From assembly GCA_965199855.1 (NCBI GenBank), contig OZ241326.1, positions 2,279,682 to 2,343,681 of the forward strand: a stretch of 64,000 nucleotides of DNA. Direction: 5' to 3'. The position numbers and the translations under genes are program-made. Shown here one piece after another: positions 25,935 through 34,182 of this stretch. The notes beneath the pieces are model-generated. The model was not told where the DNA came from, searched no databases, and was given only the letters and a program-made list of their open reading frames with translations. The stretch comes from a bacterium. Lineage in GTDB: Bacteria > UBA8248. How positions within the stretch are numbered: position 1 is the stretch's first letter; each line of letters begins with the position of its first letter.

Positions 25935-26353
25935 ACGAGAACCTCGCCGCCTTTCGATTCCCGCCGTCAATTTGTCGAAAAAGGTCGTGAATTTGTCTGA
26001 AATAGCTGTAAAACAGCTGGGAATTTGTCTGAATTTGCAGAATAAAGAAGGATGATTTTTCACTCGCGCCGACATATCCGTTCAACGCGCGTCATTCCGG
26101 CGCAAGCCGGAATCCGGCGTTGCTTCGTCGGCTCCGGGTTGCGGCGATCCCTCCTCTCCGTCGAGGTTGACGCCGCAACGACGATGAAGCGCCGCAAGCC
26201 TTCAACGCGCGTCAAACATATCAGCGCCTTTTCATCATTCCCCATCCTTCCGTCCTCCCGGAGCGGCGGGAGGATTCTCTCCGGCCTTCACGCGCGGGAT
26301 TCTGACGCATCGGCCTGGCGGAGCGAAACGCGCAAATGCGGGCAAATGCGCGC
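25935..26353. repeat. copy B of the long imperfect inverted repeat, carrying ~150 bp of extra palindromic sequence
   Basis: Reverse-complement match to 20585-20862 (see copy A). The 14-mer modules lie at 25988-26001 and 26021-26033. Extra material at about 26094-26241 is absent from copy A. Ends are approximate. Confidence 0.85.
25988..26033. repeat. two direct copies of (T)GAATTTGTCTGAA, 32-bp period, flanking a 6-bp hairpin AGCTGT-AAA-ACAGCT
   Basis: 25988-26001 TGAATTTGTCTGAA; 26021-26033 GAATTTGTCTGAA; hairpin 26004-26018. This is the reverse complement of the 14-mers in copy A. Confidence 0.9.
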
Positions 26354-26412
26354 CGGGGGCGATTGACAGCCCTCCGCTCCCCAAATCCCGCCAATCGCTG
26401 GCCGCGCGAGGG

Positions 26413-27147
26413 TCACTCCAGGGGTTCGATGTCCGCGTAGATGACTGTGGGACGCCGGCCTTTCGACCGCGCGCCATCGGCGTCCGCGCCGGCCGCCTCC
26501 CTCTCCACGACGCGCCCGGCTCCGGCGCGAACCGGCGCGGAGAACATCGGCCCATCAACCACGCAGGTGTGGAATTCGCCGTTCTCGCCCAGAGGGTCGG
26601 CTCCATGCGGCAACTCGGCGACGAAGCGGGCGTCGAACCATCTGCCCGCGAACCGGGCGGGCAGCTTCGCCGGATCGACCGCCGTCACGATGGCCCTGAG
26701 GCCGGCGTCCATCATCTCCCCGGCGAGTTCGGAGGTGTTTCGCCCCCATATCGGAAACAGGGGCGCGAAGCCGGTTCCCCTTAAATTCTCCTCCCGCCAG
26801 CGCCGGACGTCCTCCAGAAACAGGTCGCCGAACGCCAGGCGCGACGCGCCGAGGCCCTCCGGCAACGCGCGGACGCGGGCGAGGAACCCCCGCATGGCGG
26901 CCTCGTATTCCTCGTTCGGGCAGGGCCAGGGGATGGGCATCTCGTAGAGCGGAAGGCCGAGCCTCTCCGCCTGGGCTTCGAGCGCCCAGCGCGGCGTGGC
27001 CTGGATGGAGACGCGATCGAAGGCGGCGGTCACGGTCGTGAAAATCCCCCGCACCTCCCAGACGTCGGGCCGCCGGCGGAGCGCGTGGAGCGCCCACGCG
27101 GAATCCTTGCCGGACGACCAGGAGACGAGCACGGGCTCAGGCGGCAT
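26413..27147 (-). CDS. DUF71 / Dph6-related ATP pyrophosphatase-domain protein (adenine nucleotide alpha-hydrolase superfamily)
   Basis: 244 aa. N-terminal VLVSWSSGKDSAWAL (SGGKDS-type PP-loop), later GDLFLEDVRRWRE and GENGEFHTCVVDGPMF. Confidence 0.7.
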   Translation of the reverse strand: MPPEPVLVSWSSGKDSAWALHALRRRPDVWEVRGIFTTVTAAFDRVSIQATPRWALEAQAERLGLPLYEMPIPWPCPNEEYEAAMRGFLARVRALPEGLGASRLAFGDLFLEDVRRWREENLRGTGFAPLFPIWGRNTSELAGEMMDAGLRAIVTAVDPAKLPARFAGRWFDARFVAELPHGADPLGENGEFHTCVVDGPMFSAPVRAGAGRVVEREAAGADADGARSKGRRPTVIYADIEPLE

Positions 27148-27203
27148 GGCGCGGCTCCGGCGGGAGGGCGGAACCCAGGACGGGGGAAGAAATATATCCC
27201 TGC

Positions 27204-27238
27204 AAGAAACAAAACGCGCCTGCGATCTGCGAGGCGCG
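27204..27238 (-). terminator. intrinsic terminator candidate downstream of cvpA
   Basis: On the minus strand: CGCGCCT-cgcagatcgc-AGGCGCG (7-bp GC stem, + coordinates 27215-27238) followed by TTTTGTTTCTT (27204-27214), 34 nt after the cvpA stop. Confidence 0.55.
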
Positions 27239-27272
27239 GATTCTTCTCAGGCGCCCATGAGCGGAGAGTTTC

Positions 27273-27875
27273 CTACCTCTCCGGCGGCTTCTCCTCCGCG
27301 CCGGAGGCGCCCACCGAATCCTTCACCCTGTCCTTCAGAGCGCCCGCGCCCTCCGAGGCGTCCTCGATTTTCTCCCTGGCGGAATCGAGCTTCTCCGCAA
27401 CCTCCACCTCCCCCAGCGTCCGGATTCGCGCGCTCACCTCGCGCATGTAGGGCAGGATTCTGTCCGAGCCGCCGCCGAGCGGATAGTCCGGCGCGGACGT
27501 CTCGAACCCGGCCAGGAGGAGGCCCACGACGAACACCCCCTTCGCGCACCCGAGGAGGCCGCCGCCGATTCGGGAGGAGAGACCGGGGCTGTCCGTCGAC
27601 ATGAAGCGCAGCGCCGCCCGGAAAACCGACGTGAGAACGAGCCAGACCGCCGCGAAGAGGAGCGGGACGACCACCTTGTCCATCCAGCCCGCGCCGCCGA
27701 CCCATTCGGAAACGTAGAGGCTTGCCGGGGCGCCGTATCGCGCGGCGGCGAAGACGGCGACTCCGAGCGACAGAAGGGAGAACGCCTCGCGGACGAAGCC
27801 GCGCACGCAGCTGCGAATGACGAACACCGCCAGGACGAGGAGGATGAAAACGTCGGGGATGGAGAAGGAGATCAT
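27273..27875 (-). CDS. cvpA: CvpA-family membrane protein
   Basis: 200 aa. DVFILLVLAVFVIRSCVRGFVREAFSLLSLGVAVF start and four TM helices followed by a charged tail, as in colicin V production protein homologues. Confidence 0.75.
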   Translation of the reverse strand: MISFSIPDVFILLVLAVFVIRSCVRGFVREAFSLLSLGVAVFAAARYGAPASLYVSEWVGGAGWMDKVVVPLLFAAVWLVLTSVFRAALRFMSTDSPGLSSRIGGGLLGCAKGVFVVGLLLAGFETSAPDYPLGGGSDRILPYMREVSARIRTLGEVEVAEKLDSAREKIEDASEGAGALKDRVKDSVGASGAEEKPPER

Positions 27876-28027
27876 GGAAATTCCGGCATCTCCTCGGGCG
27901 GGGAACCGGCGGGCGTTTCCCTCATCCTACCACAAATCGCGGCGCGCCTGCCATTGTCGGGCATGAAATTTCGGCGGCGGAGGCAAGGGCGACAACCCTT
28001 TTCAGGCGCGCGGCAGGCGCGTCCTCC

Positions 28028-28501
28028 TCAGATTTTCTCCTTCCACATGACCAGGGTGTCCTCGCGGTTGTCGGGATAATAGCGCGGGCGCATGGCCGCC
28101 GCCGTGAATCCGTGCTTTTCATAGAGCGCGATGGCGGCCGCGTTGCCGGCGCGCACCTCGAGCGTGGCGCGGAGCAGACCCCTGCCCTTCGCGTCCGCGA
28201 GCGCCCTCTCCAGCAGGAGGGCGCCGACGCCCCTGCGCCTGCGGCCGGGCGCGACCGCGAAGTTCGTGATGTGGCACTCCTCCGGCACCTCCCACCAGCA
28301 GGCGTATCCCAGAACGCCCGCCCGCGGGGGCTCGGGCGCGGCCGGGGGGCCTCCCTCGTCCACCGCGACGAGGAGCCGGGCGTTTTCGACCTCGCGGAGC
28401 TCCCGAAGGAAGCTCTCCCTCGACCAGGGAAGCGGAAAGGAGCGCCGCTCGATGTCGAGCACGGCGTCCAGATCCCCCACCCGCATGGGCCGCGCCTTCA
28501 T
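28028..28501 (-). CDS. rimI: ribosomal-protein-alanine N-acetyltransferase (GNAT)
   Basis: 157 aa. DLDAVLDIERRSFPLPWSRESFLREL, NFAVAPGRRRRGVGALLL and LEVRAGNAAAIALYEKHGF motifs. Confidence 0.8.
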   Translation of the reverse strand: MKARPMRVGDLDAVLDIERRSFPLPWSRESFLRELREVENARLLVAVDEGGPPAAPEPPRAGVLGYACWWEVPEECHITNFAVAPGRRRRGVGALLLERALADAKGRGLLRATLEVRAGNAAAIALYEKHGFTAAAMRPRYYPDNREDTLVMWKEKI

Positions 28502-28692
28502 GCCCCCTCCCCTCCCGCGCGCGGCAAGCCCGCGCCGAACGCCGCAAACTCTTTCGCCGGGAAACTTTCGGGACTATAATACGCCAAACGCGGACATTCG
28601 CTCGCCGGGCCGCCGGACGCCGCGCGCCGCCGCGGACGGAGGCGGCCGCGGCCGGGGCGGAACCTTCCACAAACCCGATGCGGAGGACAATC

Positions 28693-29403
28693 ATGGGAGC
28701 GACTCTGACCTATCTGGGACATTCCACTTTCGTCGGACAATCGGGCGGGGGCAAGACCTTCTACATCGACCCCTGGCTCGAGGGGAATCCGCGCTGCCCC
28801 GAGGGCGACCAAAGCCCCCGGAAGGCCGACCTCATCGCCCTCACCCACGGCCACTTCGACCACGTGGCCGGCGTCATGGCCGTCTATGGCCAGGGCGGAT
28901 GCCCGGTCGCCGGCCCCTACGAGCTGGTGAACCTCATCGCCCAGTCCGAGGGCTTCGCCGAGGAGCACGCGGGCGCCATGGGCAAGGGGGGGACGGTGGA
29001 CTTCGACGGCATCGCCGTCACGCTGACCCACGCCATGCACAGCTCGAGCTACGGCGAGCCGGGCGTCTATGCCGGAGAGCCCGCGGGCCTCATCCTCGCC
29101 TTCGAGGACGGCAGGAGGCTCTACCACGCGGGAGACACCGCCGTCTTCGGCGACATGAAGCTCATCGGCGAGCTCTACGAGCCCGACCTGTGCCTCCTGC
29201 CCATCGGCAGCCGGTTCACGATGGACCCGCGCGAGGCGGCGCTCGCCGTCGAGCTTCTGGGCGCGAAGCGGGTGGTTCCGATCCATCACTCCACCTTCCC
29301 GCCGCTCACGGGGACGCCGGAGCAGTTCCGCGAGGAGGTCGCCAGGCGCGGACTCCCGGCCGAGATCGCCGCGCTGGAGCCGGGCGAGTCCATCGACGTG
29401 TAG
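28693..29403 (+). CDS. UPF0173-type metal-dependent hydrolase (MBL fold)
   Basis: Start at ATG 28693 (GGAGGA RBS 5 nt upstream). MGATLTYLGHSTF, LTHGHFDHV and YHAGDTAVFGDMKLIG motifs. Confidence 0.8.
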   Translation: MGATLTYLGHSTFVGQSGGGKTFYIDPWLEGNPRCPEGDQSPRKADLIALTHGHFDHVAGVMAVYGQGGCPVAGPYELVNLIAQSEGFAEEHAGAMGKGGTVDFDGIAVTLTHAMHSSSYGEPGVYAGEPAGLILAFEDGRRLYHAGDTAVFGDMKLIGELYEPDLCLLPIGSRFTMDPREAALAVELLGAKRVVPIHHSTFPPLTGTPEQFREEVARRGLPAEIAALEPGESIDV

Positions 29404-29472
29404 CGGCGGGCGCGGCGCCCGCCCCCGATGAGGAAACCTCGTCTTTTCAACGTTCACGAAAAGGAAGCGCGC

Positions 29473-31242
29473 ATGAGCGAGGGCCCCGAAGTCAAGGCGC
29501 GAACCGAGGATCGCGACGGCATGAGAATCACCTGGCACCAGCCCATCGAGATGGACGACGGCCTCGTTCTCCGCGCCGACGTGTTCCGGCCCGTCGAGGA
29601 GGGGAAGTATCCCGTCATCCTCACCTATGGAATCTACGCCAAGGGGGTGGCCTACCAGGAGGGCTATCACCACCAGTGGAGCAAGATGGTCGAGGACTAC
29701 CCCGAAATCCTGGAGATGTCCACGAACAAGTACCAGAACTGGGAGGTGACGGACCCCGAATGCTGGATTCCGCACGGCTACGTCTGCGTCCGCGTGGACT
29801 CGCGCGGGGCGGGCTGGTCGCCGGGCTTCATGGAGCCCAACTCGCCGCGGGAGATTGACGACCTCTACCAGTGCATCGAATGGGCGGGCGTTCAGGCGTG
29901 GAGCAGCGGCAAGGTGGGGATGCTGGGAATCTCCTACTACGCCCGCAACCAGTGGCGGGTGGCGGGCCTGAAGCCCCCGCATCTGGCCGCCATCATCCCC
30001 TGGGAGGGCGGGAACGACGCCTACCGCGATTCGGGCTACCACGGCGGCATCCTGAGCCAGTTCACCGAGCAGTGGTCGAAGGTGCAGGTGATGAACGTTC
30101 AATACGGCCGGGGGGAGAACGCGCGAAAGCACCCCGTGACGGGAGAGTCCGCCGCCGGGCCGATTACGCTCTCCGAGGAGGCGCTTGCGAACAACCGCGT
30201 CAACGCCTTCGAGGAGCTCAAGAAGCACCCCTTCGACGATCAGTGGCACCGGGATCGCTCGGCCGACCTCTCGAAGGTCTCGCTGCCCCTCCTGACCTGC
30301 GCCAACTGGGGCGGCCAGGGCATTCACCCGCGCGGAAACTTCAACGGCTACGTCGAGTCGCCCTCGGAGCAAAAGTGGCTCGAGGCGCACGGCGACTCGC
30401 ACTGGTCGCTCTTCTCGAGCGCCTACGGCCTGGATCTGCAGAAGCGCTTCTTCGACCATTTCCTGAAGGGCGAGGACAACGGCTGGGAGAAGACCCCGCC
30501 CGTGACGCTCAACGTCCGCCACCCGGGGCCGCGCTTCGTCCTTCGCCATGAAAACGAATGGCCCCTGGCGCGCGCGCAGTGGACGAAGTTCTATCTCGAC
30601 CTGGAGAGCGAGGCGCTCTCGCGGACGCCCGCCGCGCGCGAGGCGCGCCTCGAATACGACGCCATGGGGGACGGCCTCACCTTCCGGACGCCCCCGATGA
30701 CGGAGGAGACGGAAATCACGGGCCCCATGGCCTCCAGGCTCTTCGTCTCCTCCTCCACCGAGGACGCCGACCTGTTCCTCATCGTCCGCGTGTTCGACCC
30801 CGAGGGGAAGGAACTCACCTTCATGGGCTCCACCGACCCGCACACGCCGATCGCCAACGGCTGGCTGCGCGCGTCGCACCGCGCCCTGGTTCCCGAGAAA
30901 AGCTCCATCTACCGCCCCTACCACCCCCACGACAGGGCCGAGCCGCTCGCGCCCGGCGAGGTCTATGAGTGCGACGTGGAGATCGTCGCCTCGTGCATCG
31001 TCGTCCCCGCCGGCTGGCGGGTGGCGCTCACCGTTCGCGGGAAGGACTACGAATATACGGGCGAGGTCAGCGAGTTCGCCAAGCGGTTCCACTACTCCAC
31101 GAAAGGCACGGGCGGCATGACGCACAACGACCCGGACAACCGCCCGCCGGCGATCTTCGACAACAGGGTGACCCTCCACGCGGGCGGCGGGCGCGACCCC
31201 TACCTGCTCCTGCCCATCATCCCGCCGAAGGAGGGGGAGTAG
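29473..31242 (+). CDS. CocE/NonD-family hydrolase (S15 X-Pro dipeptidyl-peptidase-like)
   Basis: Start at ATG 29473 (AAGGAAG RBS). DGLVLRADVFRP, VRVDSRGAGWSPG and GISYYA (nucleophile-elbow region) motifs, with a C-terminal beta-sandwich region. Confidence 0.8.
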   Translation: MSEGPEVKARTEDRDGMRITWHQPIEMDDGLVLRADVFRPVEEGKYPVILTYGIYAKGVAYQEGYHHQWSKMVEDYPEILEMSTNKYQNWEVTDPECWIPHGYVCVRVDSRGAGWSPGFMEPNSPREIDDLYQCIEWAGVQAWSSGKVGMLGISYYARNQWRVAGLKPPHLAAIIPWEGGNDAYRDSGYHGGILSQFTEQWSKVQVMNVQYGRGENARKHPVTGESAAGPITLSEEALANNRVNAFEELKKHPFDDQWHRDRSADLSKVSLPLLTCANWGGQGIHPRGNFNGYVESPSEQKWLEAHGDSHWSLFSSAYGLDLQKRFFDHFLKGEDNGWEKTPPVTLNVRHPGPRFVLRHENEWPLARAQWTKFYLDLESEALSRTPAAREARLEYDAMGDGLTFRTPPMTEETEITGPMASRLFVSSSTEDADLFLIVRVFDPEGKELTFMGSTDPHTPIANGWLRASHRALVPEKSSIYRPYHPHDRAEPLAPGEVYECDVEIVASCIVVPAGWRVALTVRGKDYEYTGEVSEFAKRFHYSTKGTGGMTHNDPDNRPPAIFDNRVTLHAGGGRDPYLLLPIIPPKEGE

Positions 31243-31368
31243 AGAAGCAAGGATTTCGCTCGTCCGGCCGAAGCGGGGAAGGCGAGGGAGAGCCGCGCCG
31301 TCCGGCGGTGGTTCGGGCTTCAGGCCGCCCTCGCGCGGGCGGCGCCCGAAGGCCGGCCCGCCTGAGGG

Positions 31369-32136
31369 TCACCCGGCGGCGGAGCGTCCGCCGTCCACCA
31401 CGACGTGCTGCCCGGTGAGGTAGTCCGAGGCGGCGGAGCACAGAAAGAGCGCGGCGCCCGCCGCGTCCTCGGGCAGGCCCGCGCGCGCCGCCGGCGTCCG
31501 CGCCAGCACCTCCCTCATTTTCCCGGGATTCGCGAAGAGGCCCTCCGTCATCGGCGTGCGCGTGAGCTGCGGCCCCAGGGCGTTCACCTGAATCCCATGC
31601 GGCGCCCACTCGATCGCCAGGGCGCGGGCGAGCGAGACGACCGCCCCCTTCGTGGCGGCATAGACGGCCTGGTTCGGCGCCGCGCGCTCGGCCACCATGG
31701 AGGCGAGGAAAAGGATTTTTCCGCCCTCCCCCTGCGGAATCATCACCCGCGCCGCCTCCCGGGCGCAGAGGAACGCCCCGCGCGCGTTGCAGGCGAGCAG
31801 CGCGTCCACCTCGGCCGGCGCGCATTCGAGGGCGGGCTTCACGAGGTTGATCGCCGCGCTGTGGACGAGGACGTGAAGCCCCCCGTGAAGGGCGGCGGCG
31901 TCCCTGATCAGGCGGGAGACCGCCTCCGCGTCCGCGACGTCGCAGGGGAGGAACCGCGCCTCCAGGCCCTCCGCCCGAAGCGCCGCGAGCGCCTCCTCGC
32001 CGCGAGCGCCTGAGCGGCCCGCAAGCGCCACGCGCGCCCCCGCCCCCGCGAGCGCCCCGCCTATCGCCAGCCCGATGCCGGAGGTTCCGCCCGTAACGAG
32101 CGCGGAGCGGCCCGCGAGCCCGAATTTCTCCATCAT
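31369..32136 (-). CDS. SDR-family oxidoreductase
   Basis: 255 aa from MMEKFG. VTGGTSGIGLAIG and YAATKGAV catalytic motifs. The remainder of track ORF 31369-32730 is an upstream extension overlapping the next gene. Confidence 0.85.
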   Translation of the reverse strand: MMEKFGLAGRSALVTGGTSGIGLAIGGALAGAGARVALAGRSGARGEEALAALRAEGLEARFLPCDVADAEAVSRLIRDAAALHGGLHVLVHSAAINLVKPALECAPAEVDALLACNARGAFLCAREAARVMIPQGEGGKILFLASMVAERAAPNQAVYAATKGAVVSLARALAIEWAPHGIQVNALGPQLTRTPMTEGLFANPGKMREVLARTPAARAGLPEDAAGAALFLCSAASDYLTGQHVVVDGGRSAAG

Positions 32137-32162
32137 CCTCCCGCCTCCCGACGCGCCCGCGC

Positions 32163-32972
32163 TCACAGGCGCGCCCTGAGATACGCGATCGTCCTGGTCG
32201 CCGCCGTCCGGAAGTCGGGCTTCTGGGCGAGCTGCGCCGAGAGATAGCCCGCGTAGCCCACCTCCTTCAGGGCGGCGATGATCTCGTCGAAGGGAACGTG
32301 GCCCGACCCCGGATAGGTGCGCATGTTGTCGGCGACGTGGAAATACTCGATGCGCCCGCCCGCCTCGCGGATGGCGCCCGCGAAGGAGGCGTCCTCGATG
32401 TTCATGTGAAAGCTGTCGATGAGAAGCCCCATCGCCTCGTGGCCCATCTCGTCGAGAAGCGCCAGGCCCTCCCGGGTGGAGCGCGCGAAGTTCGTGTTGA
32501 AGCGGTGGTGCGGCTCGAAGAGCATCCGGATTCCGCGCGCCGCCGCCCGGTCGGCGCCCGCCCGCAGCGCGTCCCGCATCCAGCCCTCGGAGGCCGCCCT
32601 GCCCTCTCCCTCCAGGAGACTCCCCCGGAAGCGGCCGATGTTCACCGGACAGCCGAGCCCGCCCGCGAAGTCCACGTGGCCGAAGAGGCGCTCCAGCGCC
32701 CGTGCGCGCGCCTCCGCGTCCGGGTGGCACAGCTCCAGCCCGTCCTGATAGGAAATGGGCGCCGTGCCGACGAGGGAGACCTCCAGGCCCGATTCCTCGA
32801 GGGCGCGGCGGAGCGCGTCCCCGTCGAAGGCGGCCGCGTCCCGAACCGCGAGCTCCACGCCGTCGAAGCCCGCCTCCTTCAGAAACGCGAGATTGTCGCT
32901 GAACGCGCCGCGCACGGCGGGCATCAGGGGGGTCGTGACGTCGGGCGTCGCCACCACGTAGCCGATTTTCAT
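32163..32972 (-). CDS. sugar phosphate isomerase/epimerase (xylose isomerase-like TIM barrel)
   Basis: 269 aa. FLKEAGFDGVEL, MLFEPHHRFNTNF and FHVADN motifs of the AP-endonuclease-2/TIM-barrel family. Confidence 0.75.
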   Translation of the reverse strand: MKIGYVVATPDVTTPLMPAVRGAFSDNLAFLKEAGFDGVELAVRDAAAFDGDALRRALEESGLEVSLVGTAPISYQDGLELCHPDAEARARALERLFGHVDFAGGLGCPVNIGRFRGSLLEGEGRAASEGWMRDALRAGADRAAARGIRMLFEPHHRFNTNFARSTREGLALLDEMGHEAMGLLIDSFHMNIEDASFAGAIREAGGRIEYFHVADNMRTYPGSGHVPFDEIIAALKEVGYAGYLSAQLAQKPDFRTAATRTIAYLRARL

Positions 32973-33155
32973 TCCATGAGGCTCCTCTGCGTCATTCCAT
33001 CATCCGGGCTGCGCGACTCTTCCGAAAGCGCGCCCCGCCCGCACGGGCGGGGGGACACTATAGCCCCGACGCCCGGCGGGGTGAAGCCGCGCCGTTGCCC
33101 GAACGCCGGCGATTCGGTAGCCTTGGCGCTTCCACGCGAACCCCGGAGGAAGGGC

Positions 33156-34145
33156 ATGAGAGAAGACCAGAGGCTGCTTCACGGCGCGATCGACACCCAC
33201 ATTCACGCCTCGCCCAGCCTGTTCCCGCGCGTCTGCGATCACGTCGAGTGCGCGCGCGGCGCCGCCTCGGCGGGGATGCGGGGGGTGGTGTTCAAAATCC
33301 ACCACGGCGACACGACGGGCCGCATCCCCCTCGTCCGGGAGGCGGTGGGCGACGCCATCGAGGTCTATGGGGGCGTCACGCTCAACAGTCCGGTGGGCGG
33401 CCTCAACCCCTTCGCGGTGGACGCCGCCGTCAGGATGGGGGCGAAGATGGTGTGGATGCCCACCATCAGCGCGCTGAACCACCTCGAAAAGCTGGGCGCG
33501 CCCCATTTTCCGGGCATGAAGCAGACGCGCGGCGTCAGGCTCAAGGAGAAGGGGCTGACCATCTTCGCCGACCGGAAGCGCGCGAAGGTGCGCCCCGAGG
33601 TGCGGACCATCTGCAGGCTCATCGCCGAGGCGGGCGTCTGCCTGAGCACGGGGCACCTGAGCGTGGAGGAGGTGCGCGCCCTCATCCCCCTCGCCAGGGA
33701 GGAGGGGGTGAAGCGCATCATCGTCCAGCACCCCGAATACATCGTGGACGCCTCCATCGAGGAGCAGGTGGAGTTCGCCGGGATGGGCGCCTACATCGAG
33801 CATCTCGCCATCTTTTGCTTCACCCACTGGGGCGCCTACCCGACGAACAAGAAGGCGCCGCCCATCTCCGTGAAGGAGCAGGCGAAGATGGTGAAGGCGG
33901 TGGGCGCCGCGCGCACGATTCTTTCCACCGACCTGGGCCAGCTCCACAACGCGCCCCCCTGGGAGGGCCTGAGGATATTCGTCCAGCTCATGCTGGAGAA
34001 CGGCGTGAAGCCCGAGGAGATCGAGACGATGCTGCACAAGAACCCGGCGCGGGTTCTCGGCCTCCCGCTCAGGCCCAAAAAGCGGGCGACCGCCGCGGCA
34101 TCTTCAGGCGGCCGAGGCGCGGCCCCAACGACGGCGGGAGAATGA
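33156..34145 (+). CDS. amidohydrolase-superfamily metal-dependent hydrolase-like protein
   Basis: ATG 33156 with GGAGGAAGGG RBS; 329 aa. GAIDTHIH (HxH metal site), GHLSVEE, IVQHPEY and STDLGQ motifs. The specific family is not recognised. Confidence 0.6.
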   Translation: MREDQRLLHGAIDTHIHASPSLFPRVCDHVECARGAASAGMRGVVFKIHHGDTTGRIPLVREAVGDAIEVYGGVTLNSPVGGLNPFAVDAAVRMGAKMVWMPTISALNHLEKLGAPHFPGMKQTRGVRLKEKGLTIFADRKRAKVRPEVRTICRLIAEAGVCLSTGHLSVEEVRALIPLAREEGVKRIIVQHPEYIVDASIEEQVEFAGMGAYIEHLAIFCFTHWGAYPTNKKAPPISVKEQAKMVKAVGAARTILSTDLGQLHNAPPWEGLRIFVQLMLENGVKPEEIETMLHKNPARVLGLPLRPKKRATAAASSGGRGAAPTTAGE

Positions 34146-34182
34146 CGACAAGAAAAGGCGGGCGCGGGGAATTCAGACGGCT

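Noticed and set aside
28498-31179. 893-aa minus-strand ORF opposite the UPF0173 and CocE/NonD genes
   Set aside because: It is antisense to recognisable hydrolase genes, has low-complexity Arg/Gly/Asp/Val composition, and has no motifs.
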